Below are positions 62,905 to 64,000 of a DNA stretch of 64,000 nucleotides, in pieces (within the stretch, counting starts at the first letter, position 1; each line of letters begins with the position of its first letter). The position numbers and the translations under genes are program-made. The notes beneath the pieces were generated by a model. It made no database searches. It was not told the origin of the DNA and was given only the letters and a program-made list of their open reading frames with translations. This stretch comes from an uncultured Candidatus Binatia bacterium (GTDB taxonomy: Bacteria > Desulfobacterota > Binatia > UBA9968 > JAJDTQ01). The stretch lies in assembly GCA_965242525.1 (NCBI GenBank), contig OZ251459.1:2784001-2848000 (forward strand), in the 5' to 3' direction.

Positions 62905-64000
62905 ATGAACGGAGCACTGGAAGGCATCAAGATCCTCGACGTCACCAACTACATCGCGGGTCCCTATGCGTCGCTGCTGTTGGCCGACCTGGGAGCGGAG
63001 GTCTGGAAGATCGAGACCCCCGGGGCCGGAGACCCGTTCCGCACCTGGGACAAGGAGCCCAAGGACTACAGTCCGAGCTTCTGCGCCCTCAACCGCAACA
63101 AGAAGAGCCTCACCCTGGACATGAAGACGCCGGAGGGCAAGGAAGTGTTCCTGCGCCTGGCCCGGGGCGCGGACGTGGTGGTGGAGAACCTCCGGCCCGG
63201 AGTGGTGGACCGGCTGGGCATCGGCTACGACGCGGTGCGCGAGACGAACCCGCGCATCATCTACTGCTCCATCTCCGCCTTCGGCCAGGACGGCCCGTAC
63301 CGGAAGAGGCCGGGCTACGACACCATCGGCCAGTCCCTGAGCGGCCTGCTGAGCGTGTTGACCGACCTGGAGCACCCGCACGGCCCGGGCGCCGCCTTCT
63401 CCGACCACCTCGGCGGCCTGTTCGGCTGTTACGGCGTGCTGGCCGCGCTGGCGGCCCGGGAGCGCACCGGCGCGGGCCAGAAGGTGGAGACGTCGCTGCT
63501 GGAGTCCACCATCTGCTTCCTGGGCCTCGGCATCACCCAGTACCTGTTCAGCGGCGACGTGCCCAGCATGCGGAGCCGCATCAAGACCGCGGGCGTCTAT
63601 GCGCTGGTGGCGGGGGACGCCAAGCCCTTCGTCATCCACCTGTCCCATCCGCCGAAGTTCTGGGTCGGGGTCACCGAGGTCATGGGCCGACCGGACTTCC
63701 AGACCGACGAACGCACGAAGGACCGCCCGGCCCGGGCGCGGAACTACGACTTCATCTCCGAAACCTTCGCCGCGGTGGTCCGGTCCGCTCCCCGGGAGCA
63801 CTGGCTGAAGGAGCTGGAAGCCAGGGACGTCCCGTGCGCGCCCATCAACAACTTCGCCGAGGTCTTCGAGGACCCTCAAGTCAAACACCTGGACCGGCTG
63901 ATGGAAGTCGATCATCCCGAGTTCGGCCCGTTCCAACTGGTGCGGAACGGCCTCAACCTGCGCGACACCCCCGTCACCCTGAGGCTCCGACCGCCGAAGC
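62905..64000 (+). CDS. CaiB/BaiF family III CoA-transferase (runs off the window)
   Basis: LADLGAEVWKIE, NRNKKS, VENLRPG, SAFGQDGP, PGYD. Confidence 0.92.
   Translation, partial: MNGALEGIKILDVTNYIAGPYASLLLADLGAEVWKIETPGAGDPFRTWDKEPKDYSPSFCALNRNKKSLTLDMKTPEGKEVFLRLARGADVVVENLRPGVVDRLGIGYDAVRETNPRIIYCSISAFGQDGPYRKRPGYDTIGQSLSGLLSVLTDLEHPHGPGAAFSDHLGGLFGCYGVLAALAARERTGAGQKVETSLLESTICFLGLGITQYLFSGDVPSMRSRIKTAGVYALVAGDAKPFVIHLSHPPKFWVGVTEVMGRPDFQTDERTKDRPARARNYDFISETFAAVVRSAPREHWLKELEARDVPCAPINNFAEVFEDPQVKHLDRLMEVDHPEFGPFQLVRNGLNLRDTPVTLRLRPPK

Overview
High-GC bacterial chromosome segment; the gene families suggest a deltaproteobacterial/Binatota-like organism (inference only). Core blocks: argD-argF-argG-argH-lipoprotein-lysA-dapF-dapA-dapB; a b6-type Rieske/cytochrome b operon with an 8-heme cytochrome c and a cupredoxin-like protein; csaA, copA, tRNA-Pro(CGG); rsmB-fmt-def-priA; pilM-pilN-pilO/P; and a catabolic region (flavoprotein+ferredoxin, acyl-CoA synthetase, VOC, cupin, amidohydrolase, TPP E1 alpha/beta, creatininase family, ADH, CoA-transferase). 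Unexplained structure: (1) an ~11.5 kb island with four ABC/AAA_21-type ATPase genes around four glycosyltransferases, where only one ATPase keeps an intact partner and the other partners are missing, truncated or remnants; (2) about 20 loci of a non-autonomous element with IS5-like ends and 4-bp target duplications carrying a REP-like hairpin, plus an ISL3-like element carrying dRS3-like palindromes, nested in each other; (3) three tandem promoter+gene units for a small membrane-anchored coiled-coil protein differing by whole heptads; (4) a duplicated SGNH-like gene with poly-C tracts of 17 (in frame) and 25 (out of frame). All family calls come from motif recognition by eye, not database searches.
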